Shown here in pieces: positions 8,967 through 17,494 of a stretch of DNA of 42,384 nt. How positions within the stretch are numbered: the first letter of the stretch is position 1; the number at the start of each line of letters is the position of its first letter. The stretch lies in NCBI GenBank assembly GCA_051747805.1, contig JBNJGP010000012.1:1-42384 (forward strand). The letters are read 5' to 3'. This DNA comes from Candidatus Muiribacteriota bacterium. GTDB taxonomy: Bacteria > Muiribacteriota > Muiribacteriia > Muiribacteriales > Muiribacteriaceae. The translations under genes and the position numbers were made by a program. The notes beneath the pieces were generated by a model. The model was not told the origin of the DNA. It was given only the letters and a program-made list of their open reading frames with translations, and made no database searches.

Positions 8967-9470
8967 TTACCACTCGCTTATATAATTTATGGCTTCGCTG
9001 GCATTTGTAATCAGCTCATGAGTTGGATATTTCTGTACAAAATCATTAAATAAATCTTTTGCATAAGTGTATCTACCCTGTAAAAAACTTATATGGGCCT
9101 CAAAATACAAAGCCCATGCTGATTCGCTGGGGGTGCCAAATTCCTGCATTTCTCTCAGCTCTAAAAGCGCATCATCAAACTGTTTTAACTTAATTTTTTG
9201 GATTATTTCCTCTATTTGCGGGGGTATATAATAATTATGATACTGTTTCATTTGTTGAGTATCAATTTTTTTGGGTCTTAGCGATTCTGTCATTCCCCGC
9301 TCTATATACTGGTCAAAATATATATTAACATTATCTGGCTCCTGGGATTCAATTTCATTTGAGCTTTCTACAATTGATTCAAACCTCTGCCTTGAACTTC
9401 TGACTCTTAAAATAATGAAAAAAATGAAAAAGCTTATAACTATAATACCGATTATTTTAAATTTTTTCAT
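8967..9470 (-). CDS. Membrane-anchored TPR protein
   Basis: N-terminal TM helix; ALYFEA...YTYAKDLFNDFVQKYP TPR-like repeat. Confidence 0.7.
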   Translation of the reverse strand: MKKFKIIGIIVISFFIFFIILRVRSSRQRFESIVESSNEIESQEPDNVNIYFDQYIERGMTESLRPKKIDTQQMKQYHNYYIPPQIEEIIQKIKLKQFDDALLELREMQEFGTPSESAWALYFEAHISFLQGRYTYAKDLFNDFVQKYPTHELITNASEAINYISEW

Positions 9471-9557
9471 GTTTAAATAATATCACAAATAATTAATCCT
9501 TTGCAATAGTTAAAATTTATTACAGAATAAAATCAAAAAAAGTTTTTTAAACATACT

Positions 9558-9995
9558 TTATTCTTTCAACATTTCATAATGAGGAAGATTATCTTCATAA
9601 TACAAATCTGAAGTTACTCTAAACCCAAGTGATTTATAAAAAAAAATCAGATATTTCTGGGCTGAAATCCTAATTGAGGTGGAATTCATATTATTTTTAA
9701 TAAATTCCATAGCCTGTTGCATACCTTCTCTGCATAAACCTTTTTTCCGGAACTCAGGTATTACAAGCACACGGCCAATTGAAGGTTCATTATAGGAAAT
9801 TCCTGATGGAATAATACGTAAATAAGCTATTACTTTGTTGTTTTTTTTATAAAATAAATGAAATGCTTCCTGATCTTTATTATCACAGTCTTTATAAAGA
9901 CATTTCTGTTCAAAGACAAAAACCTCGTTTCTTCTTTTCAGTATTTCATATAATTCTAAAGGGGTAAGATTTTCAAATTTTTTTAAATACCACAT
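9558..9995 (-). CDS. elaA: ElaA-like GNAT acetyltransferase
   Basis: LYEILKRRNEVFVFEQKC, SIGRVLV, ISAQKYL..FY..LGF, EDNLPHYEM. Confidence 0.9.
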   Translation of the reverse strand: MWYLKKFENLTPLELYEILKRRNEVFVFEQKCLYKDCDNKDQEAFHLFYKKNNKVIAYLRIIPSGISYNEPSIGRVLVIPEFRKKGLCREGMQQAMEFIKNNMNSTSIRISAQKYLIFFYKSLGFRVTSDLYYEDNLPHYEMLKE

Positions 9996-9998
9996 ACT

Positions 9999-11198
9999 CT
10001 AACCTTTATTCAAAATTGCCACTGTTTCAAAATGACTAGTCTGCGGAAACATATCAAAAGATGCAACTTCTTTTACATTATATTTCTGGGTTAATAACTT
10101 TAAGTCCCGCTGAAGTGTCGATGGATTACAGGAAATATAGACTATTTCTTTGCAGCCTGATTTTAATATTCCCTGAAGAACTCTTTCGCTGCAACCTTTT
10201 CTTGGCGGATCCATAATAATTGTGTCTGCTTTTTTAAAAGAGTCAATAATTGATTTTACATCACCTGTATAAAACTCACAATTTTTTATATTATTTTTAT
10301 TTTTTATTTTTGTGGCAGCTTTTATATTATGACTTCCAATATCTATTCCAATAATATTCATGAAATTTTTTTTAAGACTGAAGTCAAAAACTCCTGTTCC
10401 ACAATAAGCATCAATTAAATTATCCCCCCGTAAATTCTCTTTTAAATAATTTAATAGTTTCTGCAGTATTTCATAATTTACCTGAAAAAAACTATCTGGA
10501 TAAATATAAAAATCAAGAGCTTCAATATGGGATTGAATAAATTTTTTTCCAGAAATATGATTGTTTCTATAATAAACACTATTAAAAAGATTTTTACAGT
10601 AGCTGTCAATTTCTAATTTACTTGAAGAAACAAGCATGATTTCGTTTATATTACCGGTTTTAAAGATTAAATCTGATTTAATACTGTTTAATTTATTATT
10701 TAAAACAGTATAATTATTATTTATTAGGTTATTTGCGATTTTACATTCATTTATTTCCACTATTTTGTTTGAATTTGAGGCATATAAACCAGTTTTTTTG
10801 CCATCTGAATGAAAAGTTACTTTATTTCTATAATGATAGGTTTTATTTGCGCCTGTTATATGTTTAATATTATTTGTGAATTTTGAAAAAAAATCATGAA
10901 CTATTTCATTTTTAAAAATAAGCTGTTTTTCATATTTACAATGCTGAAAATCACATCCTCCGCAACGGGTAAAATATTCACATTCAGGTTTAACTCTCCA
11001 CGGGGATGGGCTTAAAATTTGAAGAGGTTCTGCAAAAGCGTAATTCTTTTTTTTTTGCTTTATTTTAACTTCTACTGTTTCGCCTGGTAATGTATAAGGG
11101 GTAAATATAACAAAATCATTTTTACGTGATAAACCATATCCCCCGTTTATAATTTTTTCAACTGTGACTTTTAATACATCATTATTATTTATATTCAT
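9999..11198 (-). CDS. rlmD: 23S rRNA (uracil-C5)-methyltransferase, RlmD/TrmA family
   Basis: TRAM domain, CEYFTRCGGC Fe-S motif, FFQVN, DPPRKG, YISCNP, DMFPQT. Confidence 0.93.
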   Translation of the reverse strand: MNINNNDVLKVTVEKIINGGYGLSRKNDFVIFTPYTLPGETVEVKIKQKKKNYAFAEPLQILSPSPWRVKPECEYFTRCGGCDFQHCKYEKQLIFKNEIVHDFFSKFTNNIKHITGANKTYHYRNKVTFHSDGKKTGLYASNSNKIVEINECKIANNLINNNYTVLNNKLNSIKSDLIFKTGNINEIMLVSSSKLEIDSYCKNLFNSVYYRNNHISGKKFIQSHIEALDFYIYPDSFFQVNYEILQKLLNYLKENLRGDNLIDAYCGTGVFDFSLKKNFMNIIGIDIGSHNIKAATKIKNKNNIKNCEFYTGDVKSIIDSFKKADTIIMDPPRKGCSERVLQGILKSGCKEIVYISCNPSTLQRDLKLLTQKYNVKEVASFDMFPQTSHFETVAILNKG

Positions 11199-11214
11199 TC
11201 ATCTAAAATCCGTT

Positions 11215-11349
11215 TTAATCTCCTTGAATATCCTCAAGAATATCATCAGCTGGATGTTCAAAATCATCTGCTTCCTGGCAACCTTCACATCCAGTAAGCG
11301 AAAGGCATATAAATACTATAAAAATAAGAAAAAATTTAACAAACTTCAT
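11215..11349 (-). CDS. Small lipoprotein, 44 aa (not in ORF track)
   Basis: Manual translation MKFVKFFLIFIVFICLSLTGCEGCQEADDFEHPADDILEDIQGD*; GGAGGTG RBS 5 nt upstream; LTG|C lipobox. Confidence 0.8.
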   Translation of the reverse strand: MKFVKFFLIFIVFICLSLTGCEGCQEADDFEHPADDILEDIQGD

Positions 11350-11489
11350 ATTTTCACCTCCGTATATATATAATACCAATTATTTTACAAATTGGTCAAG
11401 TGTTCGTAAGAATTCCTAACTATTTTTTTGAAAAATTAAGGAAAATATTATATTATATTAAAGTTTTTATAAAGATATTGGAGGACATA

Positions 11490-13352
11490 ATGAAAGAATT
11501 CAAACATGCGGTACCTGAAAACACTAAGATGGCTGAATTTTCCTGGAAATCAGTCGGTCTTGGTGCAATTCTTGCTGTTGTATTTGGTACAGCCAATGCC
11601 TATCTTGGATTAAGAGTTGGCATGACTGTATCAGCTTCAATACCTGCTGCTGTTGTTTCAATGGCAATACTAAGGTATATTAAAGGGACCATTCTTGAAA
11701 ACAACATGTCTCAGACTGTCGGTTCAGCCGGGGAATCTCTTGCAGCCGGTGTTATTTTTACAGTACCTGCTCTTTTTGTCTGGGGTCTGGCTCCTGACCT
11801 GATGGACATTTTCATAATGGCTATGCTTGGTGGTTGGATGGGGATTTTATTTATGATTCCGCTCAGAAAGTTCTTAATTGTCAAAGAACATGATAACCTT
11901 CCCTATCCTGAAGGAACAGCCTGCTCTGAGGTGCTGGCTGCAGGACAGGAAGGTGGTAAAAAAGCCCGTAAGGTTTTTATAGGTGGAATTGTAGGTGCTG
12001 TTTTTCAATTTTTTGTTTCTGCAGTGAACTTATGGAAAGGAGAACCTGAATTTAAGCTTCCGTTTATTAAAAACGGCCTGCTTGGTTTTGAGGCCACTCC
12101 TGCACTTCTTGCTGTGGGGTATATTATTGGCCCGAAAATTTCTGCCTATATGCTTGCAGGTGGTATGCTTGGGTGGCTTGTATTTATTCCGGCTATTTCA
12201 ATATTTGGAGAATTTTCAGCAAAAGCAATTTACCCTGCTTCAATTTTAATCGGCGAAATGGGACCATGGGAAATATGGGATAATTATATTCGGTACATTG
12301 GTGCTGGAGCCGTTGCATTCGGCGGTTTTGTCAGTTTAATAAAATCCATGCCGACTATTATTCACTCTTTTTCAGAAGGGTTTAAAGAAATTATTTCAAA
12401 AAAAGAAAATAAAAAAGAAACTTTACGTACTCAAAAAGATATTAAAATGAAATATGTTATGGCTATGCTCGGGCTTCTGGCAATTGCAACAGGGGTATGG
12501 TTTGCCCTAAATCAAATTGAACATGTAATTTTAATTACATTTCTGGTTGTTTTATTTACCTTTTTCTTTGTTACAGTTTCGGCCAGAATTGTAGGTATTG
12601 TAGGAAGTTCCTCAAATCCTGCCTCAGGAATGACTATTGCAACTTTAATTGTAGTTTCCTTTTTACTTTATTCTGCCGGATATACTGGTGAACAAGGTAT
12701 GATTGCAGCTATTATTATTGGAGCAATTGTCTGTATTGGTATTTGTATAGCTGGTGATACTTCTCAGGATTTAAAAACAGGTTATCTTGTCGGGGCCACT
12801 CCCTGGAAACAGCAGGTGGGTGAATTAATCGGTATTTTTGCCTCCGCTATTGCAATTGGATATACTTTAAATCTTCTACATGGGGCATATGGTATCGGTT
12901 CAAGAGAGCTTGCAGCCCCACAGGCAACTTTAATGGCTATGGTTATAGAGGGAGTTATGGAAGCTACTCTTCCATGGGGATTAATTCTAATAGGAATTTT
13001 TTCAGGATTTGTTGTTGAACTTTTTGGAATTAACTCTCTTGCTTTTGCTGTTGGTCTATATCTTCCAATGTCTCTTTCCACGCCGATAATGGCTGGTGGA
13101 ATCATTAAGTATTTTGTTGATAAATTTAATAAAAAAGAAGACGAAGGCGGTATTTTATTATCTTCCGGATTAATAGCTGGTGAGGCTTTAACTGGTGTGT
13201 TAATTGCGGCGTTTGTTTATTTTGGAATAAATCATATTTTCTCTATTACTACTTATTTTGAAAATTACACATTCGGATACAACCCTATGATTTCACTTCT
13301 GCCTCTGATTATTGTAGGCGCAATGCTTTATAAACTATCAAGAGTTAAATAA
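11490..13352 (+). CDS. OPT family oligopeptide transporter
   Basis: NAYLGLRVGMTVSASIPAAV, LPYPEG, SQDLKTGYLVGATP, APQATLM; start moved to ATG 11490 with GGAGG RBS. Confidence 0.95.
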   Translation: MKEFKHAVPENTKMAEFSWKSVGLGAILAVVFGTANAYLGLRVGMTVSASIPAAVVSMAILRYIKGTILENNMSQTVGSAGESLAAGVIFTVPALFVWGLAPDLMDIFIMAMLGGWMGILFMIPLRKFLIVKEHDNLPYPEGTACSEVLAAGQEGGKKARKVFIGGIVGAVFQFFVSAVNLWKGEPEFKLPFIKNGLLGFEATPALLAVGYIIGPKISAYMLAGGMLGWLVFIPAISIFGEFSAKAIYPASILIGEMGPWEIWDNYIRYIGAGAVAFGGFVSLIKSMPTIIHSFSEGFKEIISKKENKKETLRTQKDIKMKYVMAMLGLLAIATGVWFALNQIEHVILITFLVVLFTFFFVTVSARIVGIVGSSSNPASGMTIATLIVVSFLLYSAGYTGEQGMIAAIIIGAIVCIGICIAGDTSQDLKTGYLVGATPWKQQVGELIGIFASAIAIGYTLNLLHGAYGIGSRELAAPQATLMAMVIEGVMEATLPWGLILIGIFSGFVVELFGINSLAFAVGLYLPMSLSTPIMAGGIIKYFVDKFNKKEDEGGILLSSGLIAGEALTGVLIAAFVYFGINHIFSITTYFENYTFGYNPMISLLPLIIVGAMLYKLSRVK

Positions 13353-13362
13353 TATCAGTTTT

Positions 13363-13390
13363 CAAGGGGAGGGAGATTTTTCTCCCCTTG
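13363..13390. terminator. Probable bidirectional terminator between convergent genes
   Basis: CAAGGGGAG...CTCCCCTTG 9-bp stem. Confidence 0.75.
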
Positions 13391-13395
13391 TATTT

Positions 13396-15753
13396 TTATG
13401 CTTTATCCTGAGCCGCAAATCTACTTTTGATTTCCTCGAAATTCGCCCTGTAATTTTCCTCAAAAGCCTGAAGAAAAGCATCAACACATTCCGGGTCAAA
13501 CTGGGTTCCTTTATTATTTTTAAGTTCTTCTAAAGCAACTTCCCAGGGAAGTCCCTTTCTGTAGGCCCTGTCAGATGTCATTGCATCAAAAGTATCCGCC
13601 ACAGCAATCATCCTTGAGCCAAGAGGTATTTCCTTTCCGGAAATTTTATCTGGATATCCATTTCCATCAAATCTTTCATGATGATTTCTTATCATAGGAA
13701 TTAAATGTTTAAGGAAATCAACAGGTTGAAGAATTTTTGCCGAAATCACCGGATGGCTTTTAATTATTTCAAATTCATCGTCTGTAAGTCTGCCAGGTTT
13801 ACACAAAATCGCGTCCCTTATACCTATTTTACCTATATCATGCAGCAGAGCGGCAATTTCAAGGTCTCCAATAAAATCCAGACCTTTATTTAATTTTCTG
13901 GCAATAGCTGTAGAATATTCTGCTACCCTTCTTGAATGACCGTGAGTATAGGCATCTTTACTGTCCATTGCATTAGCAAGCACCTCAACAGTTGCTTTAT
14001 ATAGTTGTTTGATTTTATGATACAGCTTTGCATTATCTATTGCTGAAGCTGCCTGCTGTGCAATTCCCTGCAACATGGACAAATCATTCTCATTAAAAGG
14101 CATTTCACCTTTTTTATTCAACACTTCAAGGACCCCGATAACTTTATCTTTTATTATCATTGGCACAGCAATTATTGATCTGGTTTCATACTGTGTTTTT
14201 TTATCGGCCTGTCCAAAAAATCTTGAATCTTTTGTTGTGTCTGGAACAATCGCAGGCTTACGGTTTTGAGCAACCCAGCCTGCAACACCCTGTCCCATTT
14301 TCAACCGTATTTCTTTAATGGCATCCCCTTTTTCCCCTAAACCGATTATAAAATAAAGTTCATCGGTTCTTTCATCTACAAGAATTACAGAACTTGCTTC
14401 ACAATTCATTATTTTTGATGCTAAATCCATTATTCTTGAAAGCAAGCCGTCTTTTCCATACAACTCAATAGTTTGTGCTACTTCTTTTCCAACCTCATAT
14501 AAAACAGATAATTCGTCATTTGATTGTAGAAGTAATTTTTCCTTTCTTAATCTTGAATAAAAGTTCTGAATAATTTCAACAATAGGATAATCAATTTCTA
14601 TTTCGTGCTTGGAGCGGAGAGCAACACAATATAGAACTTCTTTGTTTTCGGGATCTGAGCTTACAAGCACAGACATCTCTGAATTAATTTTATTAATTCC
14701 ATCCTGTAGATTTTTTTTCTTTAAAAAATCTTTCACCAGTACATTATCATCTGCAGAAAGATTAGAATATCTTGTAATAGAGTTTATAGAGTCTTTTTCA
14801 TAGAAGGCTGCACTTTGAATTGTAGTTCGACTTAAAATTACTGTAATAATATATTTAGCAACTTTATCAAGTGTATCAATTTTAATAATTCCAGATATAA
14901 AATCTGAAAGCATGTCAGAAGTCATTGATAAGTTTATTTTACCAGGCTTCATCATTTTTGAAATTCTGAATATATTATTTGCTTTCCCGGTCTTTTCGTC
15001 AATATCTACAACAATTCCCTTAATTTCAGGATTATTTTTTGCCCCCTTCCATTTAGTGGGTTTTACCTTCAGATATTGCTCTATAACATCTTCTTTATAA
15101 ACACCCGCAACTGAATCTACAGCTCCGGTCATTCCAACATCAGTTATATAGGCAGTTCCTTCAGGAAGAATTCTTTCATCTGCAGTTGTTACATGAGTAT
15201 GAGTTCCCGCAACACAGCTAACTCTTCCATCTAAGAAATTAGCAAAAGCCAGTTTTTCAATTGTTGACTCAGCATGAAAATCAATAAAAACCATTTTTAT
15301 ATCATTAAATTTTTCTTTTAAAAGTTTATCAACTGCATGAAACGGTGATTCGCATTGAGAAAAAATTTCCTTACCAAGAATATTAACAATACTTTCCTGT
15401 CCATGAGCATTTATAACAAGAATTTTATTTCCATTTTTTTCAATTAATTTATATCCTTCGCCCGGGGCATCAGGTGAAAAATTCAGTGGACGAATAACTT
15501 TGCCATCTTTGACATTCAAAACGTCGTTGGATTGCCTGTTTGTCCAGGTATGATTTCCAAGAGTTATGACGTCTGCTCCGGCATTCTTAATAATTTCTGC
15601 GCTTTTTTTATCAATTCCTACACCTGAAGCAGCATTTTCCCCATTGACAACAACAATATCAGGACCATATTCTTTTTTTAATAAAGGCATCAGCTCTTTA
15701 ACTATTTTTAATCCTGGCTCGTCATCAACATCGCCTATAAACAAAATTCTCAT
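13396..15753 (-). CDS. YmdB-family metallophosphoesterase fused to GAF and HD-GYP domains
   Basis: N-terminal GDV, NGEN, GNH, DFHAE, GTHTHV, TDVGMTG; GAF (GQGVAGWV, VLEVLNK, F...D); HDIGK and HHERFDGNGYP. Confidence 0.9.
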   Translation of the reverse strand: MRILFIGDVDDEPGLKIVKELMPLLKKEYGPDIVVVNGENAASGVGIDKKSAEIIKNAGADVITLGNHTWTNRQSNDVLNVKDGKVIRPLNFSPDAPGEGYKLIEKNGNKILVINAHGQESIVNILGKEIFSQCESPFHAVDKLLKEKFNDIKMVFIDFHAESTIEKLAFANFLDGRVSCVAGTHTHVTTADERILPEGTAYITDVGMTGAVDSVAGVYKEDVIEQYLKVKPTKWKGAKNNPEIKGIVVDIDEKTGKANNIFRISKMMKPGKINLSMTSDMLSDFISGIIKIDTLDKVAKYIITVILSRTTIQSAAFYEKDSINSITRYSNLSADDNVLVKDFLKKKNLQDGINKINSEMSVLVSSDPENKEVLYCVALRSKHEIEIDYPIVEIIQNFYSRLRKEKLLLQSNDELSVLYEVGKEVAQTIELYGKDGLLSRIMDLASKIMNCEASSVILVDERTDELYFIIGLGEKGDAIKEIRLKMGQGVAGWVAQNRKPAIVPDTTKDSRFFGQADKKTQYETRSIIAVPMIIKDKVIGVLEVLNKKGEMPFNENDLSMLQGIAQQAASAIDNAKLYHKIKQLYKATVEVLANAMDSKDAYTHGHSRRVAEYSTAIARKLNKGLDFIGDLEIAALLHDIGKIGIRDAILCKPGRLTDDEFEIIKSHPVISAKILQPVDFLKHLIPMIRNHHERFDGNGYPDKISGKEIPLGSRMIAVADTFDAMTSDRAYRKGLPWEVALEELKNNKGTQFDPECVDAFLQAFEENYRANFEEIKSRFAAQDKA

Positions 15754-16469
15754 AAACTAAACATCTCCATAATTTCAGCATTATATTTTTTATTTTTATC
15801 CAATATTATAAGAGGTTCTTTTATTCTGGTTTCAATATTAATATTTTTAACAGCCTCGCATATAAAAATATGTGCTCTGGCTTTTAAATCAGAATGAACA
15901 AATCTAATACTTTTTACTCCAAATTTATTATACATTAAAATTTTAAAAATTTCACCAATCCTTGAGGGTATATGTGAAAAAATAAAACTTCCTTTATTTT
16001 TTATATTTTTATTTACAGTTTTTACTAATTCTGCAAAAGTCATATCTACTTCAAATTTTGCCCTGAATTTACTTTTATCTGCCGGAGGCTGACCATCCTT
16101 TAATCTCATATAAGGAGGATTGGATATAATTAAATCAAATTTATTGCTCTCTGTCTTTTTCATTTTTGTATAATCCTCATTATAAACTTTTACATTTTTT
16201 AAGTTATTTTTAATAAAATTTTCTTCTGCAGTCTCAAAAAGCTTTTTCTGTATTTCAAAAGCCTCAATTTTTAAACCAGGCTTTCTTGCAATAAGCAAAA
16301 ACTCCAGCACTCCGCTGCCACATCCAAAATCTGCCACTCTTTTTACTTTAGTTAAATCTGGATACCTTCCCAGTATTAAACTGTCCAGAGTTAATTTATA
16401 ATCATTAACCTGTTTGAAATTAAACTTTTTTTTATAAAAATTCTCAACTTCAAAACTATTCTTCATCAA
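15750..16469 (-). CDS. tRNA1(Val) m6A37 methyltransferase-like (YfiC/YabB family)
   Basis: DSLIL, DFGCGSG SAM motif, ISNPPY, AKFE, SIRFVH. Confidence 0.8.
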   Translation of the reverse strand: MMKNSFEVENFYKKKFNFKQVNDYKLTLDSLILGRYPDLTKVKRVADFGCGSGVLEFLLIARKPGLKIEAFEIQKKLFETAEENFIKNNLKNVKVYNEDYTKMKKTESNKFDLIISNPPYMRLKDGQPPADKSKFRAKFEVDMTFAELVKTVNKNIKNKGSFIFSHIPSRIGEIFKILMYNKFGVKSIRFVHSDLKARAHIFICEAVKNINIETRIKEPLIILDKNKKYNAEIMEMFSL

Positions 16470-17334
16470 TCACTCTATTTACAGCCTCAATCGCTACTTC
16501 CAGATGTTCTTTTTCAGGTTCTCTTGTGGTTAGAATCTGCAGAAGCATACCCGGTTTAATCAGAAACTTTACGAGAGGATTTGTTATATTTTTTCCAGCC
16601 ATTTTTATTGCCTCAAATGATAATCCGGCTACAACTGGCATTAAAAGAACTTTTAATAATGTTTTTAAATACCAGTCATCTGTAGTTATAAACGAAAACA
16701 CACACATTGATATTATCATCACAAACATTAAAAATGATGTTCCACATCTTGGATGAAATCTGGAATATTTTTTAACATTCTCAACAGTAAGTTTTTCAGA
16801 ATTTTCAAGAGCATAAATTGTTTTATGTTCCGCTCCGTGATACATAAATACTTTTTCAATATCCTCAAGCTTTGAGATAGAATAAACATAAATTAAAAAC
16901 ACAAAAATTCTGATAAAACCCTCAATTATATTTACTGCAAGTCTTGACTGCACACCAAGATATTCTGTCAGCATCGAAAGACCTGCTGGTAATAAAACAA
17001 ACAGTGATACACCAACTAAAAGGGCAAATCCTATTGTAAAGATAATTTCTCCTGTTGACAAATTCTCTTCTTCTTCTTTTAACAATCCTGGTTCTGCAGA
17101 AGCAATATTTGCAGAAATCGTAAGATATTTTATTCCTATTGCCATTGCACTGAATAAAGAAAAAATTCCGCGAAAAACCGGCATTTTCAGTATTGGATAT
17201 TTTTCAGTAATGGGCTTAACTTTTTCAAATTTAGTAACGATTTTGCCGTCAGACTTTCTAACAGCAAGTCCTACTTTGTTCTGAGACCGCATCATTACAC
17301 CTTCGATAACTGCCTGGCCGCCTATTTCGTTCAT
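16456..17334 (-). CDS. DUF1385 (YqhQ-like) membrane protein
   Basis: GGQAVIEGVMMR, YHGAEHK, HPRCGTSF, TTREP. Confidence 0.93.
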   Translation of the reverse strand: MNEIGGQAVIEGVMMRSQNKVGLAVRKSDGKIVTKFEKVKPITEKYPILKMPVFRGIFSLFSAMAIGIKYLTISANIASAEPGLLKEEEENLSTGEIIFTIGFALLVGVSLFVLLPAGLSMLTEYLGVQSRLAVNIIEGFIRIFVFLIYVYSISKLEDIEKVFMYHGAEHKTIYALENSEKLTVENVKKYSRFHPRCGTSFLMFVMIISMCVFSFITTDDWYLKTLLKVLLMPVVAGLSFEAIKMAGKNITNPLVKFLIKPGMLLQILTTREPEKEHLEVAIEAVNRVIDEE

Positions 17335-17494
17335 ATACTCCCCACCTTATTTTTTTTAATTTATCGGTTAATTAAAGACGTAAATTAATCTATTTTAAGG
17401 GATTTTTTCAAGATTTTTAATTACTTAATTCAGCTTTAATATATAAGGCTAACGTCAGATTGAAATTCAACCAAATAAAAGTTAAAGTAAAAGT

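Noticed and set aside
11164..11373. 69-aa plus-strand ORF from the track
   Set aside because: Overlaps the rlmD start and is antisense to the better-supported 44-aa lipoprotein gene
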